Part shown: piece after piece, positions 27,043 through 40,418 of the stretch | Layout: each line of letters opens with the position of its first letter | Position numbering within the stretch: the stretch's first letter is position 1 | NCBI GenBank assembly: GCA_951406725.2 | Contig: OX597820.1 | Location: 51,088,001 to 51,152,000 of the forward strand | Direction of reading: 5' to 3' | Length of the DNA stretch: 64,000 nt | DNA from: Octopus vulgaris | Taxonomy: Eukaryota | Notes under the pieces: generated by a model | Seen by the model: only the letters and a program-made list of their open reading frames with translations | Told to the model about the DNA's origin: nothing | The model's database searches: none | Program-made: the position numbers and the translations under genes

Positions 27043-27098
27043 GATTTACAGCTGTTTCTGGGATATCCCCGAGTATGGGATATTCCGTCATCAGAGTC
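27043..27098 (-). ncRNA. Minimal type I hammerhead ribozyme (Penelope-type), slightly degenerate
   Basis: Minus strand reads gacu-CUGAUGA-cggaauauccc auacucg gggauauccca-GAAA-cagcug-UA-aauc: intact core, stem II 9 of 11 pairs, palindromic helix III ACAGCUGU, GUA cleavage triplet, stem I 3 of 4 pairs. Confidence 0.8.
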
Positions 27099-27999
27099 TA
27101 AAGGGAAAAACAAGGAAAATAAGAATGGTATATATTAATGAGATAACGGCATAGAGGAAAAGAATAAAAGAATAAGGAGATGGAAAGAAAGAAGATAAAA
27201 GAACCATAAAATTCATAGTACAACTTTCCAAAGTTATAGAAACAAGTCCTTAGGTGCAATCTTGCGTAGATCCATGAGCGTAAGTCCTTAGGTGCAACAC
27301 TGCGAAGAATCATATTGTTTAAGACATCAAGTGAAAACAGACGCGAACATATCAACGTTCGATAACAGAATGTTAGCGGAGGGGGCTATTAAGTGGTAAA
27401 AGGAAAGAAGAGAAAATAAATAGAGAGACAGAGTGATGGGTGGGAAGATTTACGGATTGGCTATAGGATAAAGTAATGTATATATATGTATGGTGTCTAA
27501 GAAATGTTTATGGGATCGCCGAAAAGACAAGAGGGAGGGTGATGTGGCATTTGTTGTTTTCTTTATATTTAAACAAGGAGAGCATTAGCTTCGTATAACT
27601 TCATAAACTTTTCTACGATAATGTATTTTCGCAGTTTCCTCTTTACCACACGTATGCACGGAAGCATTCACACACTGAGGCTCTAGAACCCTAAAATCGT
27701 AGACTGATAATCTATAGCATAACTAACCAAACGCACAATACATTAAGGTGTTGCAAAAATGTGTTTTGCCGAATTTTGATATTTTCCACGATTTGATGAT
27801 CTGTGACTAGTATAGTGCTAATTTGTAATAGTTTCCAAGGTGGTGTGAAAATAATTATTCAAAATATACTACATTTATAGCGTTCTTCTACCAACTTTAA
27901 TTAATTGTATATAAAATACTACGCAATATAACCATATACTAATAGATTACTCTAATACACACTGCTACACTCATTAACTCTGTTTTAAAATCTATATTA

Positions 28000-28564
28000 T
28001 TGGGTTGTCCGCATAGTTCGTGCCGATTCATAGTAGCTTACCTTTCGACTTATTGTAGAACATGGTTGAGTCCATAAAATAGAATTTGACTACACCTCCA
28101 TTTAGAGCAGAGTTTAAGCTATCTTTTCGTGGAAGAAGGTTTATGTTCCTATAACCTGTGTTAATCCTGTAAACCTTTAAAGTGGAAGATAAGAAAGTTC
28201 ATTTTCGGCACATGATGGTTTGGGAACCAGGCAAAAATTACAGCAGCTTGGCTGGGATGTGTTACCCCACCCTCCATATTCACCAGATATTACTCCTTCG
28301 GACTTCTACTTATTTAGGTCTCTGCAGAATTGTCTTAATAGTAACAATATCAATTCCTTAGATGACGTAAAGAATATCTTGATGTATTCTTTGCCATGAA
28401 ACCACCTCAATTCTGGGAAGTGGGTATTTTCAAGTTAAAGGAGAGATTGAGACGCATTGTGCAAGAAAATGTTTCATATTTGGTGGATTAAGACTGTAAT
28501 GGCAAGTATTTATTGACCTTTCTCTTTGCTTTAAAAATCGGTACGAACTTTCCCTACAGCCCAA
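28000..28564 (+). mobile_element. Internally deleted mariner transposon with both TIRs and TA TSD
   Basis: TA-ttgggttgtccgcatagttcgtgccgatt ... aatcggtacgaactttccctacagcccaa-TA; N-terminal EDKKVHFRHMM fused to LGWDVLPHPPYSPDITPSDFYLFRSLQN..YLVD*. Confidence 0.93.
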
Positions 28565-29433
28565 TACTTTACTAACTTGCACTATCATTCGTGTTGGCTA
28601 CATTTTAAATTAGCTTGTTAAATGATAGTACCTGACTGACTTATAATATAATAGTACATTAAGTTAGATTATGAAACTGATGTATCAATTTATTGTATTA
28701 TACAATATATTTTAAAATATAAGGCTAAATACACCATTGAGTTTTAACTACGAAATTAAATGTAACGAAAGCCAAATCAACATTGAATCAGCAAAATTTA
28801 CTTCAATATATACATGTTAACAATATGACCCGTGGCGTTAGAAACAGCATGATTGAAAATTAATTGTAACGGGTGTACAGTGATAGCAGGTGATATACAA
28901 CTTAAGAGAGCTGTCTGTTTCTTTGAATAGATTTAACGAGAAATGCGTGACAAAAATGAAAAGAAAGCTATTCACTATTGCATAGATGAAACTGAAAACA
29001 ATTGAGGATAACAACAACAATCGCTAAACAATTTAAATAACACAACTTGAATATTCGAAAGTAGAATTAATATAAAACTGGAAAACTTTGTCATCGATAG
29101 TATAGCATCAATGGATCATACCCTATGTATATAATGTATATACATACGAGCGCGAGCGCACACACACATACTCACGCAGACACACATACTCACGCACAGA
29201 TGTATATTGCCGATGTAACAAGAATTTGTTAACTTTCGCGAGAAATTGGTACAATTTTATTTGGAATTGGATCTAGAAGTACATATAAAGCTCTAAATAA
29301 TGAGATGTAAATATCTGATTGAAAAACACGATTGTTCAGAAAATTCGAAGACTATGACAAAGAAATATATAAAATGTATATTCGTATATGCATGTAAATA
29401 AATAGATCAATCCATATATACATAAGAAATGTG

Positions 29434-29503
<70 letters not shown>

Positions 29504-30525
29504 ATGTGTGTGGAGAGAGATCTTGCATACGTTTTATGCATGATTTCATAAAAAAACAGTAAACATCAATGTATATATAACATTTACCCGATTTCCTACA
29601 GGTTGATGCCAGTAAATCTCTAGCTAAATACTAAAAATATGATTAATTACAACAAAATACAATATAAATTAACATTTAAGTAATACATAATAATATACAA
29701 GCAACTGAAATACACAATTGCGTAAATAAGTATGTAAATGAATATATAAATTTATATATATAAACTCAATTTAATACTGACATTCAATTAAATATCAGAA
29801 TTACTAGAAGACCCAATGACCTGTGATTTCTTCTTCATTTGCATTCCCAGTTGCTTTAATATATTTTCTTTCTCTTTATATTTATCTTTCATTGACTTTC
29901 TAACTTCGCCACTATTATAAAATTTCAGTATCGCTTCTGTTTTGATATCAGCTATCTATATTCTAATGACTGTTCTCTCAATTATTATCTTTACTTCAAC
30001 TATACCACATCGTGAATAATGCTGTTTTGCTATTGTTTTATTACTGTGTTTGTTGTGACTTTTGTTGTAGTTGTAGTTGTTGTTGTTGTTGTTATTGTTG
30101 TTGTTGTTGTTGTTGTTGTTCTTCTTCTTCTTCGTCTTCTTCTCTTTCATCTTTTGCCGTTGCTGCTCATCCTTCTCTACCCACACAGATTTTAAGGTGG
30201 ATTATTTTCTATATTTATCGCACTTGCAAATAGTGATGCGACACGTTTTGCATCTCCAACCTATGGCATTTCGAATTTTATTTTTCTCTCAGTCTCATAC
30301 CACCCATCCCACCATCATTATTATCATCATCGTTATCACAATTACTCTTCCATTATCAGTCGCAGCAGCATTAACAATAAACACCACCTCAACCAACGAT
30401 ACCGCAACCATCAACAACAGCACTACTACCAGTACAACCACCTCAACTATATTCAACAGAATTTTCATTGATATCACCATTTTCATAATAATCTAATTTT
30501 TACCTTCTATTCCTTCTTTCTTCAG

Positions 30526-30668
30526 TTGGAATGTGGTATGTTGCACGGGTGATACAAGGGTTCAAATCGATCAATCTGGAACATTGCCAATTTTTAATCG
30601 CTCATTTGAACAACATCTTGCCAAGGCGTCCAATGCTGGTTTTCGAATTTGGATATCTGTTCCAGATG
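30526..30668 (+). CDS. Candidate internal coding exon of an unidentified gene
   Basis: Strong polypyrimidine acceptor ccttctattccttctttcttcag; open frame WNVVCCTGDTRVQIDQSGTLPIFNRSFEQHLAKASNAGFRIWISVPD; donor G|gtttgc; GC above background; no family recognised. Confidence 0.4.
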
Positions 30669-30796
30669 GTTTGCTGGATAAAAATTGTGAAAAGCGTGTC
30701 GTATATATGTATATGTATATACTTTTATGTAGATGCAATTGAGCGTAATCGTTCGTATCTCTGTATATTTCCATAAGGACAACCACGGAATCAAAT

Positions 30797-31012
30797 AGGG
30801 CGTATGGTTTAGTGGTTAGGGTGTTCATTTCATGATCCTAAGATTCTGGTTTCGATTCTTCGACCGGGCAATGCGTTGCGTTTTTGAGCATAGGACTCAA
30901 TTTCACGTTGCTCCAGTCCAGTCTGCTGATAAACGTTGAGAATCCTGCGATGGACCGGCGTCCTGTTCAGTGGGGAATATATACGGCTCGGAAACCAGCC
31001 GTATAAATTTAT
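30797..31012 (+). mobile_element. SINE family 3
   Basis: ggcgtatggtttagtggttaggg..ggtttcgattc..ctgcgatggaccggcgtcctgttcag; homologous to 15760-15990. Confidence 0.8.
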
Positions 31013-31515
31013 ACGACACGGGAGGAGCTCTCGCACTGTGGTAAAAAGGTTGATATTAACTCTAACATCTTCAAAGACATATAAATTAAAGCATGCAGTG
31101 CTTGGAAAACATGATGGTCAATGGCAGGAAGGGCATGTTTTTGTAAAAGACTCAAATATGTACAAATCTATGTTATGTTACTTTGAAATACAGGACGCGA
31201 AAATAAAAAAAATAATTATGTTTTATATAGCATATGTGTGTGCACACTCTCACACACACATATAGTGATAGAGAGAGATAGAAGAGAGAGAGAGAGAGAG
31301 TGAGATACACAATCACTCACTCAGAAATGATTTTCAAACATACGCTAAAATATGTATGGACAAAATTGAAACAGATGTTTGTATTATGCATATATATGCA
31401 TAGTTATTGGCTTCTCTCTTCTGTATGTTGACTACTGTATATTGATTTTGTCTGTGAAAGTCACAATTTAATCTTGAAATATATTATTTTTATGTAAATA
31501 AAAATTATTATTATC

Positions 31516-31568
<53 letters not shown>

Positions 31569-31666
31569 GATGATAATAATAATAATAATGATAATAATAA
31601 TAATAATGATAGTAATAATAATAATAATAATTATTATTATTATTATCATCATCATCATCATCATCA

Positions 31667-31778
<112 letters not shown>

Positions 31779-31788
31779 TATTATTATT

Positions 31789-32208
<420 letters not shown>

Positions 32209-33268
32209 TAATATAGTGATATTATATTTCTCTACGCAACATTTTTTGTTTCGAATGGTAAAATTTATAACATTGTTGCATATCCAAGCATTTGTTGCGC
32301 ACTTTTTGTTGAAATGTCCTTCGTGTGCCATGGGTTTTAGGTGTTAGTATCGATAGAAGAATCTATATATACAAATTAATCTCGTCCGTCCCTCTCTGAA
32401 ATATGTGTCTTTGGGTTTATGTAAAAGAAAAAAAATTATGTTTTAATATATGCCCGTTAACATTCCCACACGTCTCTTTGTTGCTATCATTTCCTTTTAT
32501 TTTAGTAATTGTTACCTCTTAGCCAAGGATAATCAATATAATCTGTAGCAGTCATATGCAACTGTATGCTTCAATACATTCAATTATCGCACTGCCTGCT
32601 TGTAAAACATTTGCTTAGTGTCAAGTAAAATTTAAATATTATTTCTCTTGTTACTGTTGGTGTGCAAATTTAATAGCTTAAAGTATTGGAGAAACACAAT
32701 GCAAAATGAAAATAGAAAATAAAATATATACATGTATAAAAGTTTTCAATTTAAAGAGTGAAGAAATTACTCCGACATTATAGATGCTTCCATATTTTAG
32801 TTTGCTGCTGTCGAAACACGAAACACCTTTCTCACTTAGAATTTCTATTCAATGTCTATAATACAAAAACTTGTCGTTTTGCATTATATTGTATACTCAG
32901 CAATAAAAAATAGTTTCAGAATAAATGACTATTTTCTTTACTTCTTTACAGACTTATTCAGATTTTTTTTTTTCATTTGTACGAAATAAATAAATAAATG
33001 TGTAGTTAATTGTATTAGCGAATAAAGACAGTTTTGTTTCCTGAAATTGGTTATATTTATTTTCACTATAATATAAAATCTTATTCAATGTCTCCTTGAT
33101 TTTGATATTTTAATTGACAACGCTGTTAACAATCTAGCATGTTTTTATTTCTTTTAGATATAATTGATTTTTTCAGTAAATATTTTATCGTATATATATA
33201 TGTATGTATATCTATCTATCTATATATATATATGCATATACATATACATATGCATACACACACACACA

Positions 33269-33318
<50 letters not shown>

Positions 33319-33855
33319 CGGAGATGTGTGTGCGTGTGTGTGTTTTATTGGAGAGAATGGTATGTAAATGTTCATTATATTTACCAGTAATTTAAAATTA
33401 TTAACATACAAAGAAAATTCATGCATAGCTGTTGTGGGTAACCGACTGTGCCTTATGTTCATACATGAAAGTAATGTAATATGTTTGATTAATCATTATC
33501 GTTCATTCCATTATAACTATGACATAGCTAATTCCTAGTCTATTATTTAGAACATATTATTATAACATATTATCAGGTTTTCAAGATTGTTAATTACAAT
33601 AATCCATACAATTCTCATGATAAGACTACGGTGCGTAAAATGCGTGCGACGAAAATCCAGTTAACAAATAGAAAGTAAGGCATCTCAAATTATAGCATCT
33701 GCTATAAAAACTAAATTTTCATGAATAGTGTATAATAGTGTACCACTTCACGATTTGTACAATTATATAGCTGCCATCTGTACACAATTTCAGTAAATAT
33801 TACACTGTTGCCAAACAATTTGCCACAGTAAACAATGTCCTCGCGCTATACTTAC

Positions 33856-33997
33856 ACACTCATTATGAAAGATAATTCAACACTTAAATTCTTGCTGTCC
33901 GATGTTTTTGAAGTAGGAGTATATGCAAAAATGCAAAGAATTCGCCGGCTGTACTCATGTTGCTGACATGACACTTCTTGGTGAGAAATAGTAAAAT
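33856..33997 (-). CDS. Candidate internal coding exon (minus strand)
   Basis: Acceptor tttttgttttatttcgtttatgcttataccag; open frame (D)FTISHQEVSCQQHEYSRRILCIFAYTPTSKTSDSKNLSVELSFIMS; consensus donor GT|gtaagt. Confidence 0.35.
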
Positions 33998-34109
33998 CTG
34001 GTATAAGCATAAACGAAATAAAACAAAAATGATCTGCATACAATAATGTCCATTCAATCGAGAATATCAAATATAATTATCGACATACATATAAAATTAC
34101 GACATGCCT

Positions 34110-34425
34110 GCATGAAAATAGATGAATCCCTCTGCTGCATCGGGGGTACTGCGGATGGCATTCCTCCTTCTCACTCCTTCGATGCCCAAACTACTGAATT
34201 CTCTGGTCAGAGAACGGGCTGCAAAACCCCTGCACCCAACCACCCCTGGGTCCAGACCTGCGTACTTGGAGAGCCTTCTCTCAAAAATTTCTTCTTCCCA
34301 TGAGATAGTCAGCTCCAGCAGCACCGCTGCTTTGTGGACCCAGACACGAGCACAATGTCTGGGCGCAGAGTGGTGATCGCAATGTGGCCAGGGAACTTCA
34401 GCTGACGCTCAAGGTCATCCAGTAG
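34110..34425 (-). mobile_element. HERO-clade non-LTR retrotransposon, RLE domain fragment
   Basis: DLERQLKFPGHIAITTLRPDIVL..LLELTISWEE..FERRLSKYAGL..VGCRGFAARSLTR..SLGIEG.RRRNAIR. Confidence 0.85.
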
Positions 34426-34439
34426 ATACTCGGAATCTC

Positions 34440-35250
34440 CAAGTGGTGGAAACTAATCCCCTAAACAAATCTGATAGGAGGCAGTTCAAATGGTCAGCAG
34501 CTAGCATGAACTCATTGTTGAAGCAGTTCGATGATGATGTCGACCAAATTCTAGAGGCAGTGGTAAAGGGAGACGCTGACAAGAAGCTACAAGCTATGAC
34601 AACAATCATTGTGAGCTTCGTAGCTCGACGATTCGGCGAGAAGGAGAAAAAAAACACTGAAACAACTTACTCGAAGAATCAAAGAGCTGTTATGTTCCAT
34701 AAAATCAGGTAGCATATTAAGGCACTGAAGTCGCAGTACAAGAAGGCCGGACATAAGGAGCGCATTGGCCTGGCGCAGTTAATGTGCAGCCGAGGGAAAT
34801 AGATCAGTGGGTTCCGCCTGGCTAAATGGCACCGAGGTTGATGCCGTGAGAGGGCACGTAAGCGTACTGCCTTTATTTCCAACACTTGCAAGTTCTGGTT
34901 TAATATCTCAGGAACAGCTATTACAACAATAATGGAGAAGCCAGTCAAGAGCTTGGGCAATGTTTTCTACACCTAATTGAGAGATACTACATATAACCAG
35001 TCGGCCTGCACTGAATTTGATGGCTGACTGAAATCCGTGGACAAGTCAGGCTTACCTGGGAAGTTCTACAACCCCGGCATTCTTCTCAGAATCCTGTGTC
35101 CCCTCCTTGTCTATGCAGTCCCCAACTCAACACAAGAGACTTTAGAGAGGTGGGGTCAGCATCCATCTCCGGAGAAGGCTTTGATTACCAAGGAGCCTGA
35201 GCAGCATCGCGATCTACGGCAACAACAGCAAACAGCAGTTGGCCTTCAAA
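34440..35250 (+). mobile_element. HERO-clade element, pre-RT and post-RT segments fused (RT core deleted), inverted relative to the RLE part
   Basis: KW.AA..QFDDDVDQILEA..GDADKKLQAMTTIIVS..RFG..RERARKRTAFISN joined to FNISGTAI..EKPVKSLG..VDKSGLPGKF..PLLVYAVP..LPRSLSSIAIYGNNSK..PS/F. Confidence 0.85.
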
Positions 35251-35424
35251 TATATATATATATATATACTTACATACATATCATTAAGAGCTTGACACTT
35301 TGAATTAGTATTACCTGGCGATAACTGATGAAGATTGATGGGCCTTCCGTTTCTGTGCTTTCCTTTGTGTGCCTTTTTTTAGTATCAAATAGATTTTTTA
35401 TATACAGATATATATATATATACA

Positions 35425-35588
35425 TATGACGGACTTTTACATACCAGTTTCCGTCTATCAAATCCACTCACAAGGCTTTATTTGGCTCGAGGCTATAGTA
35501 GAAAACAGTTGTACAAAGAGCCACGCAGTGGGATTGAACACGGAGTGATGAGGTCGAGAACCAAGCCTCTTACTACGCAGCCACGTCT
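35425..35588 (-). mobile_element. SINE family 2, 5' half
   Basis: cagtttccgtctatcaaatccactcacaaggc..ctcgaggctatagtagaa..gccacgcagtgggattgaac. Confidence 0.8.
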
Positions 35589-36216
35589 ATATGTATATGA
35601 CTACTTCAAAATATACAACTGCTGATTTAAAGAAAATGTAGAAGTGGCAGTTTATAGTGTAACCTTTCTTATAACATAAAAGTATGAGAAAATATTCAAC
35701 ACAACCAGAATTAGATTTAGTCAGAATTCACCAATTAACCAGGTTTGTATGAGGTTAAGTAACAGCAATAATGAAAGCAGGAACACTGTACATTTCTGAA
35801 ATCGAAACCAAGAACTATAAAATAAATCCCTACAACTTATAATCTTATATAATAAGCAAAGTACAGAATCCGTACTTTTTTTATTGCCACACAATGCTGT
35901 AACAGATAAAATAATCACGATGCAATTAGACATATCTCAACGGAAAATGCACATACTTTACACGACGAAGATATGAGAAGAAATGTGATATTCGTAAAAC
36001 AAAATAATTCCATTCAAGTTATCTTGTATTAAATTACAAATACAAACCTGCACTTTAGAAAATACTGATTTACTCACATCTGGTTCACAGATACGTTCTA
36101 CACAGAGCCGTACAGTAAATACATAGAATTTTGGAATATAAATAATGATAAAATTAATGCAAAGAAAAGACAATTCTAATGGGCAATTTCGAAAAACAAA
36201 ATACGGTTCAGGAAGT

Positions 36217-36292
36217 CTTCTTCTTCTTCTTCTTCTTCTTCTTCTTCTTCTTCTTCTTCTTCTTCTTCTTCTTCTTCTTCTTCTTCTTCTTT

Positions 36293-36383
<91 letters not shown>

Positions 36384-36384
36384 A
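36217..36384. repeat. Compound microsatellite (CTT)n(CTA)n
   Basis: Direct reading. Confidence 0.97.
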
Positions 36385-37218
36385 TCATATATTATTTCAT
36401 CACTGCTTTAAAAATATAGTTAGATTTCCATATCGAACATCTTAATTCTATCTATTTTATCTTATAGAAATGGAGTTCTTCAGATGTCTCCTCGTTTCCT
36501 CGCCTTCATTTTATTGAGGAAAAAAAACACTAATGATTAGATTATATCGCAGCACAGCAACTTTTAGTTCTGAAACATATTGAAGATTTTAGTCTCAGAA
36601 CATGTAAAGATATTCTTTACTTCTCTGACTTCAGTCCATTTTATTTTTATCTCTATTACGAAATTCTTAACACAAGAAGCTTTGATATTAATATTTTATT
36701 ATATTTACGCTTTTTTCATCCACCTGCGTTAAGAAGATGCTATGAGAAGCTGTAATTTACCTAGCTCTTCATAGAGTCACACAACTGAAAGATATTTCAT
36801 CTGTGTGTATCGGAAGCCAGACCGTTACTGATTTTACATACCAGCAAAGCAAGCTAATGAATCTCTCGTCAATTACTCATAACCACGTTTTCTCCCTTCA
36901 CCGAGTATTTATAGAATGTCAGACTTTGCTAATCAACATTTAGCATATAACTACAGACATAACCCTACGGCGGTATGCACCAGGTTTTGTTTTGTTGAAC
37001 ACCTGATCTAAATAACAGTTGACTTTATGAAATGAATTTGAAATATCTGACATTTGACAAGGGTTATATTTAATTTTGCTCATTCTATAATTCATATTTG
37101 TGTGAGTTTCTGTGTGTGTCCGCGTGCATGTGTGTGTGTGTGTGTGTGTGTAAAAAGTGCCTGGTATAATGAAATTGTTCTGTATTCCTGATTCATCTCA
37201 ACATTTATAGCTCCTAAA

Positions 37219-37555
37219 TGGCCGAGCTGGCAGCATCGTTAGCACGACGTACAAAGTGTTTAGCGGCCTTTCGTTCCTCCCTCGTTATTTTCTGAGTTCA
37301 AATTTCCGCCGATGTCGACTTTGTCTTTCATCCTTCCGAGGTGGATGAAATAAGTATGGCGGCTAGCTGTCAGAATCATTTGCACCTCAGGCATCATGCT
37401 TAGCAGCATTTTGTCCACCTGTACGTTGTGAATTCAAATACCGCTAAGTTTCCTTTCATCCTTTCAGGGTGGACAAAATACTTACCACCTGGACACTGCC
37501 GTTGTAATCTACATACCCCATCCCCATAAATTACTGACATCATATTGAAACCAAT
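37219..37555 (+). mobile_element. Two head-to-tail degenerate SINE family 1 units
   Basis: tggccgagctggcagcatcgttagc at 37219 and tggcggctagctgtcagaatc at 37357, each followed by the ctttcatcctt core. Confidence 0.75.
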
Positions 37556-38777
37556 ATTTATAGTTATTTTGCATTACTAGTTGCCCATATAATTAATCGT
37601 ATACCCTCAGTTATAAATATTCTTTTGGTGCATGGGGTATATATTTTAGATATCCACCATATTAAAACTTATTTTCCGGTTTCATACCGATTAAACATCC
37701 TCCGACACTTCTAAGCGATGAATATCAGACAAACGATTTTGTTAACATGCAGGTGTTCATTTTATAACACATTCCAAAGTTTCAGCAAGCTCAAGGATAT
37801 CAGCGTTGAATGTTTGCGATTGGTTCAGCGATTATAATAATGTGTAGACTTAGTAAGTCGACGTGTCACTTGTATTGCAGATTTAAATTCTTTATGTTCT
37901 AGCAATGAAAGGTTTTACTGGATTCAGCTGTTTGCAGTCTAGTCAAGAGAACAAAAACTTTGGGTATCATCTTTCTATACAGTTGCGCCTTAATGAAAGA
38001 CCTCATGTTTTTTCATAAATAGAGATACTTCATCACACATGTTGGTACCGGATTGAAATTTTTTTACAAATTTCCTGTAAAAACCGACAGTTAGATTGTC
38101 ACTGTCAATGAAAGAAATATATCTGCACAATAAATTTACAGACATATTAATCTTACACCCGCCATCATTTCAACAACACCATCAGATTGTCGTTGAAATA
38201 TTTTATCTAAAGCATTAAATCATTTCATACTGAAATGAAACATCGAGACTTATACTAAGAAATTTCTCATAAATTCAGCATACAGTGTTAAACATGATTC
38301 GGTACTCGCACACACCTTATCATTAATATATACTGGGCTTGCCCTCGTAGATTCGTAGTTTTGGTAGTCGTAAGACATTGAGAAAATCATTTTCACATTA
38401 TTCCTCTACACTCAGCAAATATGAGTAATAGCGTAATTATAGTGCATCCCTCTACTAGGTCTGCTCTGATATCTTGGACAGTAAATCAATTAATGTCATC
38501 TTTCAAAACGTTTTAAAATGATCCCCGTATACACTGAAAACGTTATAAAGTGATAACGCTTGAGAACATGAAATCCTCTTCCAAAAGGAACTGCAAACTT
38601 TCTGTTATAATTAGTATTGAGCAGTCTGTATTTACGCTTTTTGTTATATTTAGACTCAATATCTTTGTCTCTTACCACAAGGCATTTTGTCCAACGCACT
38701 GATAATAAATCTCCATTTTCGTTTTAGGATTTTGTTTGCAAGATTCTTTATATGAGTTCGTGTTTTGAAGCATATTC

Positions 38778-39034
38778 TGTTGTGTCTGGGGAGAGTTATT
38801 TTCTTTCTGTGCTTTATGATTTAATACACTCGCCGGTAAAATTTCCACTTACTTCTTATTTTTATTTTCCTAAAATTTTCGTTGCGTCTTGCAACATTTT
38901 CTTGACTATTGATAAGGTTGTAAGACGCAACGGAAATTTTAGGAAAACAAAAATAAGAAATGAGTGGAAATTTTACCGGTGAGTGTGTTAAATTATGAGG
39001 CACAAAAAGAAAATAACCCTCCCCAGACACAACA
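38778..39034. mobile_element. Foldback element (inverted pair of pLTR-like sequences)
   Basis: tgttgtgtctgggga..gttgcgtcttgcaac mirrored by gttgtaagacgcaac..tccccagacacaaca; ~115-bp arms with a short spacer. Confidence 0.88.
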
Positions 39035-39310
39035 CGATTCCCATTTTGTTTCAAATAATTATAATCAGATAAGGTGAGGAGCTATCTTTCGACATCATAC
39101 AGTATCGGGTTCAGTGACAAATTGCATTACTCTTGCTAACTCGGCAAGCGAATAAGAAAAAGGTGCATGAATTTATCAAGAATTACTGCCAGGAAAATAA
39201 ACTGTACCTAGAAATCTAAAACAAAAATTTCAACAGCACTAAACTAATGATTTTTACCAGCCTAGCGCAGCACGTGTTAGGAATGTATTTAAATATATCA
39301 GTGCAGATGT

Positions 39311-39358
<48 letters not shown>

Positions 39359-39537
39359 GCAGCCGGTTAAACCACTATATATTTAAATATATCAGTGGAG
39401 AACCACTACCTATAGACATATACAAATCCGTATAACATTCGTACGCCAAATATCTCACGAATCTCTTCCTCTCTTTGTTTCTTCCTCTCTCCTGCTCTCT
39501 ATATATACTCATATATACAAATATCCATTTGTGTGTG

Positions 39538-39576
<39 letters not shown>

Positions 39577-39602
39577 ATATATATATATATATATCTACCT
39601 AA

Positions 39603-39634
<32 letters not shown>

Positions 39635-39756
39635 TTATCTATCTATCTAGCTATCTGTCTCTCTCTCTCTATATATATATATACATATATATATAGATAT
39701 ATAGATAGATAGATATATAGATAGATAGATATATAGATAGATAGATAGAAAGATAT

Positions 39757-40410
39757 GATTCGGTTAGGAATGCGCTATTACTTCAATGTATAAACTTATC
39801 CCAAGCATGGCGTAAATTAATAAGCAGACGATGTTCGTCTCCGAATTTAATGAAACAACCAAACTGAAATGTAATTCATCTATAACAAATTATAAAGAAC
39901 TTGAAAGACAATCTCTAAACTCTTGTCTGCATATTGAAACCTTGTAAAAAAATTCAGTAAATGTGCAATGAAAGTGTAACTAGTAGTTTTGATAAGGAGA
40001 GCAATTTTGTGTATTTTTTATAGAATAGCAAACATTGTAATCCATTGAAACTTGGTTAATATAAAGATGTAGTTACACAATTAACAGTAAATTTATGATG
40101 AAAATATAATATATATACAGAGCTGTACAACTCTACATAGAATCATTCGAAGATTCAGTTGGCATTCAACGCAAAACATTCTCAAAACGCTACTCACCAC
40201 ACATTTCATGGATAGCAACCAACTTATAATACATAAGGATTTGTACAGGGCATGTTATAGGCTATCAGCTTCCAGTAATGACAAAAAATGCTTATTTCTG
40301 CGTAAACGATACTCGATAATAATGTGGAGTGATGCACGCAAACACGCATACACATGTACATAAAAATCGAAAACTCACCACTTCCAGAGTTTCCATCGAA
40401 TGTTCTGATA
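39757..40410 (+). repeat. Left arm of a long inverted duplication
   Basis: Reverse complement of 44478-45120; 5 mismatches in a 129-bp sample I aligned. Confidence 0.95.
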
Positions 40411-40418
40411 TGCGTTTT

